Below are positions 21,759 to 31,848 of a stretch of 64,000 nucleotides of DNA, one piece after another (position 1 is the stretch's first letter; each line of letters starts with the position of its first letter). The stretch comes from Gemmatimonadota bacterium. GTDB taxonomy: Bacteria; Gemmatimonadota; Gemmatimonadetes; Gemmatimonadales; GWC2-71-9. The position numbers and the translations under genes are program-made. A model generated the notes under the pieces. That model was given only the letters and a program-made list of their open reading frames with translations, ran no database searches and had not been told where the DNA came from. The DNA lies in the NCBI GenBank assembly GCA_003222115.1, contig QHUL01000060.1, positions 2,351 to 66,350 of the forward strand, in the 5' to 3' direction.

Positions 21759-23452
21759 CCGGGGTGAGCCGGGTCCCGCCCAGTGAGCCCCCGGCCGAGC
21801 TGGCGCTGCCTCCCGCCCAGGTCGAGGAGCTGATGCAGGTCGTCGTCAAGGGTCTGCGCGCCACCCAGTTGTATCTCCCGAACAATCCGGTCTACCAGCG
21901 CGCCGTGGACAACATCAAGGGAGCCTTCCGGCAGGTGTGGCAGGCGACCGACGACCTGCATTTCGACATCGGGGAGACCGAGCTCCGCTGGGAGAACGCG
22001 GTCGTCTACAGCCAGGACAACCGCAGCGAGAGTATCGCGTGGACGCTGTACAAGGACGGCGTCCGCTCACTCACCTTCAAGCGGGGAGTGGAGGACGGCG
22101 AGATCGTCAAGTTCTTGGGCGTGCTGCAGCACGCCAAGAACCTCCTGGCGGACGCCCCCGAGGACCTCCTCACGCTGCTCTGGACGCAGGACTTCCAGTT
22201 CGTGAGCTACACGTTCCGCGAGCTCGTCAGCGAGGACGCGGTGCCGATTGAGGCCGGGGAGACGATCCCGTCGACGCCGCCGACGGCCGTGCGCCAGCAC
22301 GTGGAGGAGGAGGCGCCCCCCAAGCGGGAGGGGCTCGTCTCGATCGACGACTTCGATACCACGCTCTACTTCCTGGATGAGAAGGAGGTCGAGTACCTGA
22401 AGAGCGAGGCGGAGCGGGAGTACCAGCAGGACCTGCGGCGCAACGTGCTGTCGATGCTGTTCGACCTGCTGGAGCTCCAGAGCTACGCCACGGTGCGGGC
22501 CGAGCTGATCTCGATCCTCGAGAACTTCATTCCCTATCTGCTCGGCGCCGGCGATTTTCGCTCGGTGGCCTTCATCCTGCGCGAGACGCACGTCATCCTG
22601 CAGCGCGCCCGCGAACTGACCCCCGAGCACCGCCAGACGCTCGAGAACCTGCCGACGCGCCTGTCGCAGGCCGATGCGCTGTCGCAGCTGGTGCAGTCGC
22701 TGGACGAAGCGTCCGTGCATCCGACGGAGGAAGAGCTGTCGGAGCTGTTCCAGGAGCTGCGGCCCGAGGCGTTGGCGACGCTGATGGGATGGGTCCCGAA
22801 GCTCACGAACGAGCGCGTCAAGGAGCTGGTGCACAAAGCGGCGGAGCGGTTGGCGCTCGCCAACGCAGCGGAGGTGCTCAAGGCCCTGGCCAGCGAGGAC
22901 GGCGCGACGCAGCTCGAGATGGTGCGGCTCGCCGGGCGGCTGAAGCTCCCGGGGGCCCCGGAGGGGATGGGCCCGCTGCTCGAAGGCGGGGACCGAACGC
23001 TCAAGCTCGCGGTCGTGGAGGCGTTGACCGCGATCGCGAGTCCCGGCGCGATGCGCCTGCTGGAGCAGGCGGTGGACGACGGGGATCGCGACGTGCGGAT
23101 CGCCGGCGTGCGCTTCCTGGCGCAGCGCGGGCACCGCAACGCGCTGGCGCGCGTGGAAGCCGCCGTGACGGGTAGCAAGCTCAAGAACGCCGACCTCACG
23201 GAGAAGATGGCGTTCTTCGAAGCCTACGGATCGCTGGCGGGGGCGAAGGGGATCGCCGTGCTCGAGAAGATGCTGCTCGCCAAAGGCCTGCTCTCGAAGA
23301 AGGAGGACCCTGAGACGCGTGCCTGCGCGGCGATGGCGCTGGGGAAGATCCGCAGCGCCGAGGCCCGCGGCGTGCTGGAGAAGGCGGCGCAGGACAAGGA
23401 GGCCCTGGTGCGGAACGCCGTGAGCCGGGCCTTGCGGGAGGTCGGCGCGTGA
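21755..23452 (+). CDS. HEAT-repeat protein with uncharacterised N-terminal domain
   Basis: Strong codon bias; C-terminal HEAT/PBS-like repeats ([37 protein letters not shown]). Start is either CTG 21755 (GGAG 7 nt upstream) or GTG 21764. Confidence 0.8.
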   Translation: MTGVSRVPPSEPPAELALPPAQVEELMQVVVKGLRATQLYLPNNPVYQRAVDNIKGAFRQVWQATDDLHFDIGETELRWENAVVYSQDNRSESIAWTLYKDGVRSLTFKRGVEDGEIVKFLGVLQHAKNLLADAPEDLLTLLWTQDFQFVSYTFRELVSEDAVPIEAGETIPSTPPTAVRQHVEEEAPPKREGLVSIDDFDTTLYFLDEKEVEYLKSEAEREYQQDLRRNVLSMLFDLLELQSYATVRAELISILENFIPYLLGAGDFRSVAFILRETHVILQRARELTPEHRQTLENLPTRLSQADALSQLVQSLDEASVHPTEEELSELFQELRPEALATLMGWVPKLTNERVKELVHKAAERLALANAAEVLKALASEDGATQLEMVRLAGRLKLPGAPEGMGPLLEGGDRTLKLAVVEALTAIASPGAMRLLEQAVDDGDRDVRIAGVRFLAQRGHRNALARVEAAVTGSKLKNADLTEKMAFFEAYGSLAGAKGIAVLEKMLLAKGLLSKKEDPETRACAAMALGKIRSAEARGVLEKAAQDKEALVRNAVSRALREVGA

Positions 23453-24927
23453 CGGCCCCGGAGGGCGGCGCGCGGCGCGCCTCGATGGTGGAGACCGTCC
23501 AGACGACGGACGGTTTCCTGCGCCACGCGGGGCGGGAGTTCCTGGTGGTGCTCTACACCGCCTTCCGCTCCTTGAAGCTGTATCCGCTCGAGAACAATCA
23601 AGTGCAGAAGGCGCTGGACGACCTCTGGGCGACGACGAAGCACCTGCTCGAGATCGAGAAGGAGCTGGAGGTGCGGCTGCAGGGCGAGTTCATCTTCGTG
23701 AACTCGACTCGGCTGCGGCTCGACCTCGACAACTACGCCTCGTTTTCCCACATCCTGAGCGTGCTGAGCCAGTGCGGCATCGGCGCGGTGCGGATCGACG
23801 AAGGCGTGGACCGCAAGCAGCTGCAGCAATTCGTGTCGCTGCTCCTCTCCTACGGCGCGAAGGAAGCCACGCCCAACAAGGTCCACGAGCTGAGTCAGAA
23901 GCTGGGGGACTCCGGCGTGTCGCACATCGGCGTCGAGGCGCCGCTCGAGAGCGACGAGGACGTCGAGGACGTCGAGCGGCAGAAGGAGGCAGCCAAACGG
24001 ACCTACGCCCGGTCGGTCGCCGTGACGAAGGAGGTCATCAACAGCATCCGCATGGGCCGCACGGCCAACGTCAAGAAGGTGAAGCGGGCGGTGCAGGGGA
24101 TCGTGGATCAGGTGCTGAACAACGAGGGCTCGCTGGTCGGGCTCACGACCCTGCGGGACTACGACGAGTACACGTTCACCCACTCGGTGAACGTGTGCAT
24201 CTTCTCCGTCGCCCTCGGCCGCAAGCTCGGCCTCTCCAAGCTGCAGCTGTACGACCTCGGGATGGCGGCGCTGTTCCACGACGTGGGCAAATCGCGGGTG
24301 CCCCTGGAGGTGCTCAACAAGGAGGGCGGGCTGAGCGAAGAGGAGTGGCGCATCATGCAGGCGCACCCCTGGCTCGGGGTGCTGACGCTGTTCGGATTGC
24401 GCGGCTACGGGGAGATCCCCTATCGCGGGATGGTCGTGGCCTACGAGCACCACATGAAAAACGACCTCACGGGCTACCCGAAGTCGATCCGCGACCGCAC
24501 TCTGTCCATCTACTCGAAGATCGTGGCCGTCGCGGACGGGTTCGATGCCGCGACGAGCCGCCGCGTGTACCAGACCACGCCGATCCAGCCCGACCAGGTG
24601 CTGAAGGAGATGTGGGAGAACCCGCGGCGCGGCTACGACCCCGTGGTCGTGAAGGCGTTCGTCAACCTGATCGGCATCTACCCCGTGGGCACGTGCGTCA
24701 TCCTCGATACCTACGAGGTGGCCATCGTCCACAGCGCCAACGCGGACGTGAGCCACGTGCACCGGCCGGTCGTGCGGATCGTGACCGCGCCGGACGGCGC
24801 GCTGCGCCAGCCCACGTTCCTCGCCGATCTCGCGCACCGTGATGAGCAGGGCAACTTCCCGCGCACCATCGTCAAGGTCACCGACCCCGCGAAGTACGGC
24901 ATCAACGTCAGCGACCATTTTGTCTGA
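23449..24927 (+). CDS. HD-GYP domain phosphodiesterase
   Basis: DEYTFTHSVNV, LFHDVGK, AHPWLG, EHHMKNDLTGYP, IVAVADGFDAATSRRVY. Confidence 0.88.
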   Translation: MTAPEGGARRASMVETVQTTDGFLRHAGREFLVVLYTAFRSLKLYPLENNQVQKALDDLWATTKHLLEIEKELEVRLQGEFIFVNSTRLRLDLDNYASFSHILSVLSQCGIGAVRIDEGVDRKQLQQFVSLLLSYGAKEATPNKVHELSQKLGDSGVSHIGVEAPLESDEDVEDVERQKEAAKRTYARSVAVTKEVINSIRMGRTANVKKVKRAVQGIVDQVLNNEGSLVGLTTLRDYDEYTFTHSVNVCIFSVALGRKLGLSKLQLYDLGMAALFHDVGKSRVPLEVLNKEGGLSEEEWRIMQAHPWLGVLTLFGLRGYGEIPYRGMVVAYEHHMKNDLTGYPKSIRDRTLSIYSKIVAVADGFDAATSRRVYQTTPIQPDQVLKEMWENPRRGYDPVVVKAFVNLIGIYPVGTCVILDTYEVAIVHSANADVSHVHRPVVRIVTAPDGALRQPTFLADLAHRDEQGNFPRTIVKVTDPAKYGINVSDHFV

Positions 24928-25711
24928 CCACCCCATCGCCGCGCGCTGGCGCGAGGTTCGGGGCGAGGGGCGGGCGGCGTTGATTCCGTATCTCACGGCG
25001 GGCTTTCCCACACCCGGCGCCTCGCTCGACGCGCTGCGCCTGGCGGAAGCGGCCGGGGCGGACGTCGTGGAGGTGGGCGTGCCATTCAGCGACCCCCTCG
25101 CCGACGGGCCCACGATTCAGCGATCCACGCAGGCCGCCCTCGAGCAGGGGATGACCACGGGGGGCGTGTTGCAGCAGATCCACGACGCGAGGCTGCGCGT
25201 GCCGGTCGTCATCATGACCTACCTCAACCCGGTGCTCGCCTACGGCCTGGAGCGCTTCCTGCGGGACGCCCACGCGGCCGGGGCGTCCGGCCTCCTCCTC
25301 ACCGACTTCCCGGCAGGGGCCGATCCTACCCTCGAGCGCGCGGTGGCGGCGAGTCCGGTCGCGCTGATCCGGCTCATCGCGCCCACGACGACGGACGAGC
25401 GGCTCGCGGGCGCGGTGCGGGGCGCGAGCGGCTTCATCTACCTCATCTCCCGCCTCGGCGTCACCGGAGCGCGCGACCGCATCCCGCCCGATCTCGCCGA
25501 GCAGGTGGCGCGCGTCCGGGCCGTCACTGCGCTCCCCATCGCCGCGGGCTTCGGCATCAGCACCGCGGCGCAGGTGCGCGCCGCCGCCCGAGCGGCGGAC
25601 GGTGTGGTGGTGGGCAGCGCCCTGGTGGACGTGCTCGCCACGGCGGGGCTGGCCGCGGGGGAGCGGTTGCTGCGCGAGTTCGCGCGGGCCGTGCGGGAGC
25701 GCGACCCATGA
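24920..25711 (+). CDS. trpA: Tryptophan synthase alpha chain
   Basis: [57 protein letters not shown]. Start placed at TTG 24920. Confidence 0.95.
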   Translation: MSDHPIAARWREVRGEGRAALIPYLTAGFPTPGASLDALRLAEAAGADVVEVGVPFSDPLADGPTIQRSTQAALEQGMTTGGVLQQIHDARLRVPVVIMTYLNPVLAYGLERFLRDAHAAGASGLLLTDFPAGADPTLERAVAASPVALIRLIAPTTTDERLAGAVRGASGFIYLISRLGVTGARDRIPPDLAEQVARVRAVTALPIAAGFGISTAAQVRAAARAADGVVVGSALVDVLATAGLAAGERLLREFARAVRERDP

Positions 25712-27789
25712 CCGCGAACCGCATGATCACGCTGTACAGCCGGGCGCTCCTGTACGGGGGGCCGGTGCTGCTCGCCGCCGTGCTCGTCGCCGACCGCCGC
25801 TGGATGAGCCAGCCCCTCGAGGTCCTGTTCCTCACGGCGTGCTGCGTGGGACTGCGGGGTGCGCCGATCCCCCTCAGCAAGTATTCCTATCTCACCCAGA
25901 CGGGGCTCGTGGCGCTCACCGGAAGCCTGCTGGTGGGCCTGCCGGCGACCGCGCTCGCCGTCGCCGCCGGCACGCTGTGCGCCGACTGGGCATGGCAGCG
26001 CAAGACGCCCAGCGCCGCGGTGATCAACGCCGGCCGTGAAGTGGTGGCGCTGGTGGCGGCGTTCGGCGTGTACGCGGCCCTCGTCGCAGCGCTCGGCCTC
26101 GCCGCGTCGGGCCTGCGCGTCGAGCTGCTGCTGCCCCTGTTCGCGTACGCCATCGCCTACTTCGCCCTCAGCCGGATCCTGTTCTACTTCAGTCTCATCC
26201 TGCGGGCCAAGCTCGAGCGCAGCGAGCGCATGTTCATCCTGCGCTACGAATGCATCAGCTACGGCGCGACCATCATCGTGGGCGGCACCATCATCGGCAC
26301 GGTCGTCGCCTGGCCGCCCGAGGTGTGGGGCATCGTGGGCGTGCTGCTCGCGTTCCTCGGACTGCTCTTCAAGGGAATGCTCGAGGAGGCGATCTCCGCC
26401 GAAGAGCTGAACAAGATCCACGCGATGGAAGCCGTGATCACGAGCAACATCAGCCTGGATGACTCGTTCGCGCGCATCGAGGGCCTGGCGCATCGGCTCG
26501 TGGACTGGGGCGACTTCCGCATCTATCGCCGCCACGAGGGCGAGCTGCGCCTGGCCTACCGGGGCGCGATCGGCTGGGCGGTCCGGAGCGAGCCGTCGGC
26601 GGACACGGTGGCGCTGCGCGGCCAGGTGGTGCAGAGCGGGGCGACGGTCTCGATCGACGACGTCAGCCGCGACGAGCGGGTAGCCGACGCGCCGCTCGCG
26701 GTCCAGAGCCTCGTGATCGTACCGCTCAGGTTCGGGGACCAGGTGATCGGTACGCTCGAGCTGGAGCACCACAAGCGCAAGACCTATCGGCCCAAGGATC
26801 TGCTCACCATCACGACCTTCGCGAACCAGCTCGCCACGGCGATTCACATCACCGAGCTGCGCCGGCCGCTGGTCGAGACCGTCGAGCGCCTGACGCGGCA
26901 GCTGGCGACGCTCGTGCGGGCAGCCGAGGCGCTGCGCGAGGTCGCGGGTGCCGTCGCCGCGTCCACCCGCGCGATCCGCGAGGGAGTGGTCTCCGAGCAA
27001 GGCGAGGTGTCGGGGGGCCTGGAGGCGACGGAGACCCTCGCGCAGGTGTCGCGCCGCGTGTCGGAGGACGGCAGCGAGGCCGCCCAGGCGTCGAGCATGG
27101 CGAGCGAGGTCGCCAACAAGAACCGCCAGCAGATCCGCGACGCCATCGAGCGGCTCGTGGCCCTCAAAGGCTTCGTCGGCGAGAGCTCGGCCAAGGTGCA
27201 GGCGCTCGGCCAGCTGAGCCGCCGCATCACGGGCTTCATCGCGTCGATCCGCGAGCTCGCCGACATGACCAACCTGCTGGCGCTGAACGCGGCGATCGAG
27301 GCGGCGCGGGCCGGGAAGCACGGCAAGGGGTTCGCGGTCGTGGCCGAAGAGGTGCGGCGGCTCGCCGAGCAGAGCGGCAGCGCGGCGGAGGAGGCGGGCG
27401 GGCTCGTCCAGGACATCCACCGCGAGGTCGGCGAGGTGGTCGAGCAGATGCGCCGCGGGCAGGTGAACGTGGGCGGCGTCGAGGACCTCTCGGCGGCGGC
27501 GCTGGAAGCGCTGGACGCCATCGTGGCGGCGACGGCGGAGGCGACGGCGCACGCCAAGCGCATCGCGGAGGCCGCGCAGGAGCAGGACCGCGCGTTCGGC
27601 AAGCTGCGGCGCCGGATCCACGCGGTGGCCGAGATCGCGAGCCGCAACCGCACGGAAGCGGACGACGTCGCCACGCGCGCCAGCGAAGCGGCCCAGGGAC
27701 TCTCCGACCTGGAGCGGGCGACGCGCGAGCTCGAGGAAGTGGCGACCATGCTGCGCGAGCTGACCCGCGGCTTTGCCAGCGTGGCCTAG
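25708..27789 (+). CDS. Multi-TM + GAF + methyl-accepting chemotaxis signalling domain protein
   Basis: About 7 hydrophobic helices; GAF domain ([17 protein letters not shown]); MCP hairpin tip [34 protein letters not shown]. Confidence 0.88.
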   Translation: MTANRMITLYSRALLYGGPVLLAAVLVADRRWMSQPLEVLFLTACCVGLRGAPIPLSKYSYLTQTGLVALTGSLLVGLPATALAVAAGTLCADWAWQRKTPSAAVINAGREVVALVAAFGVYAALVAALGLAASGLRVELLLPLFAYAIAYFALSRILFYFSLILRAKLERSERMFILRYECISYGATIIVGGTIIGTVVAWPPEVWGIVGVLLAFLGLLFKGMLEEAISAEELNKIHAMEAVITSNISLDDSFARIEGLAHRLVDWGDFRIYRRHEGELRLAYRGAIGWAVRSEPSADTVALRGQVVQSGATVSIDDVSRDERVADAPLAVQSLVIVPLRFGDQVIGTLELEHHKRKTYRPKDLLTITTFANQLATAIHITELRRPLVETVERLTRQLATLVRAAEALREVAGAVAASTRAIREGVVSEQGEVSGGLEATETLAQVSRRVSEDGSEAAQASSMASEVANKNRQQIRDAIERLVALKGFVGESSAKVQALGQLSRRITGFIASIRELADMTNLLALNAAIEAARAGKHGKGFAVVAEEVRRLAEQSGSAAEEAGGLVQDIHREVGEVVEQMRRGQVNVGGVEDLSAAALEALDAIVAATAEATAHAKRIAEAAQEQDRAFGKLRRRIHAVAEIASRNRTEADDVATRASEAAQGLSDLERATRELEEVATMLRELTRGFASVA

Positions 27790-27801
27790 CGGGTTTACCA
27801 T
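27773..27801 (+). promoter_or_regulatory. Putative sigma70 promoter of folK-panBC (leaderless geometry)
   Basis: TTGCCA-17 nt-TACCAT, then 6 nt to the folK GTG. Confidence 0.6.
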
Positions 27802-27807
27802 TCCGCG

Positions 27808-28221
27808 GTGCCCAGGGGGGAGCGGGTCTACGTGGCGCTGGGGTCGAACGTGGGAGACCGCGAGGCTCACCTGGCCCACGCCCGCGCTCGGCTCGGGGCG
27901 CTGCCCCGCACCCGCTGGCTCAAGAGCTCGCGCGTGGAAGAGACGGCCCCCCTCGGCCCCGTCCCCCAGGGACCCTACCTCAACCAGATGGTGCTGCTCG
28001 AGACGGAGCTCGAGCCAGCGGAGCTGCTCGCGCACCTACACGCGATCGAACGGGAGCGCGGCCGCGTGCGGGGGGCGCGCTGGGGGCCGCGCACTCTTGA
28101 CCTCGACGTCGTGAAATTCGGCGACCGCGTGGTGCGCGATGCCGCGCTCACGATTCCCCATCCCGAGCTGGCCCATCGGGACTTCTGGCAGCGCGAGCTG
28201 GCCGACCTGGACGCGCCGTGA
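27808..28221 (+). CDS. folK: HPPK, 2-amino-4-hydroxy-6-hydroxymethyldihydropteridine pyrophosphokinase
   Basis: YVALGSNVGDR, YLNQ, RWGPRTLDLD, LTIPHP. Confidence 0.94.
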   Translation: MPRGERVYVALGSNVGDREAHLAHARARLGALPRTRWLKSSRVEETAPLGPVPQGPYLNQMVLLETELEPAELLAHLHAIERERGRVRGARWGPRTLDLDVVKFGDRVVRDAALTIPHPELAHRDFWQRELADLDAP

Positions 28222-29033
28222 GCCCCGAGCCCAAGGGCATCAACGTGCACGAGTTGCTTGCCATGAAGGAGCGGGGCGAGCGGATCGTGTGCCTCACCTG
28301 CTACGACGCCCTGTTCGCGCGGTTGCTGGACGAGAGCGGGGTGGACATCCTGCTCGTCGGAGACTCCGTGAACGAGGTGCTGGCCGGCGCGGAGAGCACG
28401 CTCTCGGCGACGCTCGAACAGATGATCTACCACACGAGGATCGTACGGCGCGGGACGAGCCGCGCGCTCGTCGTCTGCGACCTGCCGTTCCTCAGTTACC
28501 AGATCTCGAGGGAGGAGGCGATCAGGAATGCCGGCCGGGCGATGGCGGAGACCGGGTGTCACGCCGTCAAGCTGGAGGGCGGGAAGCCGATGGCCCAGAC
28601 GGTGCGGGCGCTCGTGGACGTGGGCATCCCCGTGATGGGCCATCTCGGCCTCACCCCGCAGTCGGTGCACGCGCTCGGCGGGCATCGGGTGCAGGGACGG
28701 GACGAGAAGACCGCCGAGCGGCTCAAGGAGGACGCCAAGGCGCTCGAGGATGCGGGCGCGTTCGCGATCGTGCTGGAGCTCGTGCCGGCGCCGCTCGCGT
28801 CGCAGATCACCAAGTCGCTCACCATTCCCACGATCGGTATCGGGGCGGGGCCGGCGTGCGACGGCCAGGTGCTCGTGCTGCACGACATGCTGGGTCTCAA
28901 CGACAAATTCGCCGCCAAGTTCGTGAAGCGTTACGCGGCGCTGGCCGAGGACGTGCGCGAGGCGGTGCGGCTGTACGCCGCCGAAGTGCGCGAGGGGCGC
29001 TATCCCGGGCCGGAGCATTCGTTCCCGAAGTGA
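28218..29033 (+). CDS. panB: 3-methyl-2-oxobutanoate hydroxymethyltransferase
   Basis: LTCYD, LLVGDS, DLPFLSY, AVKLEGG, GHLGLTPQS, IGIGAG, DGQVLVLHD. Confidence 0.96.
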   Translation: MSPEPKGINVHELLAMKERGERIVCLTCYDALFARLLDESGVDILLVGDSVNEVLAGAESTLSATLEQMIYHTRIVRRGTSRALVVCDLPFLSYQISREEAIRNAGRAMAETGCHAVKLEGGKPMAQTVRALVDVGIPVMGHLGLTPQSVHALGGHRVQGRDEKTAERLKEDAKALEDAGAFAIVLELVPAPLASQITKSLTIPTIGIGAGPACDGQVLVLHDMLGLNDKFAAKFVKRYAALAEDVREAVRLYAAEVREGRYPGPEHSFPK

Positions 29034-29084
29034 CCCGGCGTCCCCCGGCATCGGACGAAGTCGCCGCGGTCGCGTAGCCCCGCC

Positions 29085-29960
29085 GTGCACGAAATCACCG
29101 AGCCACGGGAGATGCGCGCCTGGTCGCGCGCCGAGCGCGCGAAAGGCCGCCGCATCGGGTTCGTCCCCACGATGGGCTCGCTCCACGAGGGCCACCTGCG
29201 CCTCGTGGACCGCGCCCGGGATCATGCCGATCGCGTGGTGTTGAGCGTCTTCGTCAATCCGCTGCAATTCGGCCCGCAGGAGGATTTCGAGCGCTACCCG
29301 CGCAGTCTCGCGGACGATCGCAGGCTCGCCGCCGAGCGCGAGGTGGATTGTCTGTTCGTGCCCGAGACGGCCGCGATGCACGCCGCCGAGCCGCTGGTGC
29401 GCGTCTCACCGGGCCCGACCGCGGAAACGCTCGAGGGTGCGGCGCGGCCCGGCCACTTTGCAGGAGTCCTCACGGTGGTGGCGAAGCTGTTCCACATCGT
29501 CGAGCCCGACCTCGCCGTGTTCGGCCGCAAGGATTATCAGCAGGCCGTGCTCGTGCGGCAGATGGTGCGGGACCTGGATTTCCCCGTGGAGATCGACGTC
29601 GCACCCACGGTGCGGGAGCTGGACGGCCTCGCGCTCTCTTCGCGCAACGCGTTCCTTGACCCCGACCAGCGCCGCGCCGCGCTCGCCCTGTCGCGTGCGC
29701 TACGCGCCGTCGAGCAGGCGTGGCGGGGCGGGGAATCGAACCCCGTCGTGCTCGAGCGCCGCGGCATGGAGGTGCTCCGCATCCCCGGGGTGACGCCCGA
29801 GTACCTGGCCATCGTGGGCGAGGCGGTGCGGCCCGTGAAGCAGGCCGATGCCCGCGCCGTCGTGGTGATCGCGGCGCGGGTCGGGGCCACGCGGCTGATC
29901 GACAACGTGGTGCTGGGGGAAGGCGTGGCCGGCGATGTCGCCGTGGGAGGCCGGGCGTGA
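29085..29960 (+). CDS. panC: Pantoate--beta-alanine ligase
   Basis: FVPTMGSLHEGH, SVFVNPLQF, RPGHF, FGRKDYQQ, DGLALSSRN, RLIDN. Confidence 0.96.
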   Translation: MHEITEPREMRAWSRAERAKGRRIGFVPTMGSLHEGHLRLVDRARDHADRVVLSVFVNPLQFGPQEDFERYPRSLADDRRLAAEREVDCLFVPETAAMHAAEPLVRVSPGPTAETLEGAARPGHFAGVLTVVAKLFHIVEPDLAVFGRKDYQQAVLVRQMVRDLDFPVEIDVAPTVRELDGLALSSRNAFLDPDQRRAALALSRALRAVEQAWRGGESNPVVLERRGMEVLRIPGVTPEYLAIVGEAVRPVKQADARAVVVIAARVGATRLIDNVVLGEGVAGDVAVGGRA

Positions 29961-30463
29961 CCTCCGCGACACTCCCTCCCTGGGCCGTCGTCACGCCGGA
30001 GCGCCGGGCGCACATCGAGCGCGTCGTGCAGCTCGAGACCGACTGGGCGCACGCGCTGCACGTCGCCCCGGCCGAGCGGGAGCGGTGGCTGCGAGCGGCC
30101 TGGCTGCACGATGCCCTGCGCGACGCCCCGGCGGCGGACGAGCTGGCACATGGACCGATGGCCGCCGATCGCGCGGCCCGGGACGGCGAGACGGACCCGG
30201 GCGTACTCGACGCCGTACGCTACCACTCGCTCGGCTCCGCACTCTGGGACGACGTCGGCCGGATGCTGTACCTCGCCGACTACCTGGAGCCCGGCCGGGG
30301 GTTCGATCGCGGCGAGCGGGCCGCGCTCGCCGCGCGGGTCCCGGGCGAGCGGCATGCGGTGTTGGTCGAGGTCGTGAGGCGGCGGATCACGCGGGCCCTG
30401 AGCGCCGGGTGGCCGTTGCCGCGGGAAACGGTGGAGTTCTGGAACTCGCTCGTCTCGCGCTGA
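29957..30463 (+). CDS. yqeK: YqeK-like HD-domain hydrolase (Ap4A hydrolase family)
   Basis: RRAHIERV, AAWLHD, AHGP, AVRYHSLG and LYLADYLEPGR follow the YqeK pattern. GTGA overlap with panC. Confidence 0.72.
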   Translation: MTSATLPPWAVVTPERRAHIERVVQLETDWAHALHVAPAERERWLRAAWLHDALRDAPAADELAHGPMAADRAARDGETDPGVLDAVRYHSLGSALWDDVGRMLYLADYLEPGRGFDRGERAALAARVPGERHAVLVEVVRRRITRALSAGWPLPRETVEFWNSLVSR

Positions 30464-30846
30464 GCGCGCTGGTGGTGGGTCTCGCGGGCTGCGGCGGCGG
30501 CGCCGGCGCCGGCGCGGGGACGCTCCGCGTGCCGGGCGAGGGCGGCCGGCGCGTGACCGTGGAGGTGTTGAACGCGAGCGGCCGCAGCGGGCTCGCCAGG
30601 AGCGGCGTGCGCGTGTTGCGACAGGCGGGCATCGACGTGGTGAGCTTCGGGAATGCGCCCGCTGCCGTCGGGACGCTCGATTCCACGCGCATCGTGGTGC
30701 GGCGCCCCGCCGCAGCCGTGGGTGACCAGGTACGCCGAGCGTTGGGGGTGGGGCGCGTGATCGTGGAGGCGGATACCGCGAAGCTACTCGACGCGAGCGT
30801 GTTCCTCGGTGCGGACTTTGCGCCGCGGCTCCAGTTCCACCCGTAG
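30409..30846 (+). CDS. LytR C-terminal domain lipoprotein (start uncertain)
   Basis: Lipobox LAG-C; VTVEVLNASGRSGLA...SFGNA...VFLGADF is typical of LytR_C. Confidence 0.7.
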   Translation: MAVAAGNGGVLELARLALSALVVGLAGCGGGAGAGAGTLRVPGEGGRRVTVEVLNASGRSGLARSGVRVLRQAGIDVVSFGNAPAAVGTLDSTRIVVRRPAAAVGDQVRRALGVGRVIVEADTAKLLDASVFLGADFAPRLQFHP

Positions 30847-31848
30847 CTGCCCGCACGCGGCACTGATGTCGAGCCCGCGGCTCCTCCGCAGCACCGCCGC
30901 CACTCCCCGGCTGCGCAGCCGCCGCTCGAACTCGAGCATCCGCCGGCGTGAGCTCGGCGTGAGGTCGGGCGCTCCCCCCGGGTGAAGGGGCAGCAGGTTC
31001 ACCAGCGCGCCGAGCGGCTTCGCCAACTCCGCCAGGCGATCGGCCGCCTCGAGAGCGTCGTTGCGGCCGTCGATCAGCACGTACTCGAGGGTCACACGCC
31101 GTCGGAACTGCCGCAGCGCCTGAACCACGTCCGCAAGCGCGTATTTCTTCTCGATCGGCATCAGCGCGAGCCGCAACGCCGGCGTCGGCGCGTGCAGGGA
31201 GAGGGCGAGGCGGAACTGCTCCGGGCGGCGGGCGAGCTGCGCCAGGTTCGCGAGGATCCCGACCGTCGAGACGGTGATGTGCCGCGCCCCGATCCCGAAC
31301 CCCTCCGCATGGTTCAGGATCGTCAGGCTCACGTCCACCGCCTCCCAGTTGAGGAGCGGCTCGCCCATGCCCATGAACACGACGTTGGTGGGCGCCTGGC
31401 CCGCCGCGTCGAGCAGGAGCTCGCGCACCTGGCCCGCGATCTCCGCCGGCGCGAGGTTGCGCCGGAAGCCCATCCGCCCCGTGGCGCAGAACACGCACCC
31501 CAGCGCGCATCCCACCTGCGACGAGATGCACAGCGTGCGCCGCTTGCCCTCGGGGATGAGCACGGACTCGATCGCCTCACCGTCGTCGAGCCGCCACAGA
31601 AACTTCTCCGTGCCGTCGCGCGACACCTGCCGCGTCACCAGGCGGAGCCGGCGCAGCGGGAACGCTTCCGCGAGGGCCCGTCGCAGCGCCGCGGGCAGCT
31701 CCGTGGCCTCCTCCCAAGAGGCCACCGGACGCTGCCACAGGCGAGCCAGGATCTGCTTCGCGCGGTAGGCCGGCTCGCTCCGCGCAGTCAGCCACGGGGC
31801 GATGGCGGCGCGCGCCGCGTCGGGCGGGAGCGACAGCAGGTCCGTCAC
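30784..31848 (-). CDS. rlmN: 23S rRNA m2A2503 methyltransferase RlmN
   Basis: CISSQVGCALGCVFCATG radical-SAM motif, FMGMGEPL, SLHAP, DISAACGQL. Confidence 0.95.
   Translation of the reverse strand: MTDLLSLPPDAARAAIAPWLTARSEPAYRAKQILARLWQRPVASWEEATELPAALRRALAEAFPLRRLRLVTRQVSRDGTEKFLWRLDDGEAIESVLIPEGKRRTLCISSQVGCALGCVFCATGRMGFRRNLAPAEIAGQVRELLLDAAGQAPTNVVFMGMGEPLLNWEAVDVSLTILNHAEGFGIGARHITVSTVGILANLAQLARRPEQFRLALSLHAPTPALRLALMPIEKKYALADVVQALRQFRRRVTLEYVLIDGRNDALEAADRLAELAKPLGALVNLLPLHPGGAPDLTPSSRRRMLEFERRLRSRGVAAVLRRSRGLDISAACGQLRVELEPRRKVRTEEHARVE

Noticed and set aside
30784..30846. Frameshift or pseudogene suggested by long gene overlaps (rlmN with the LytR_C gene, 63 bp; purQ with the lipoprotein gene, 59 bp)
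   Set aside because: All catalytic motifs lie before the overlaps, and stop-codon drift in GC-rich DNA explains them.
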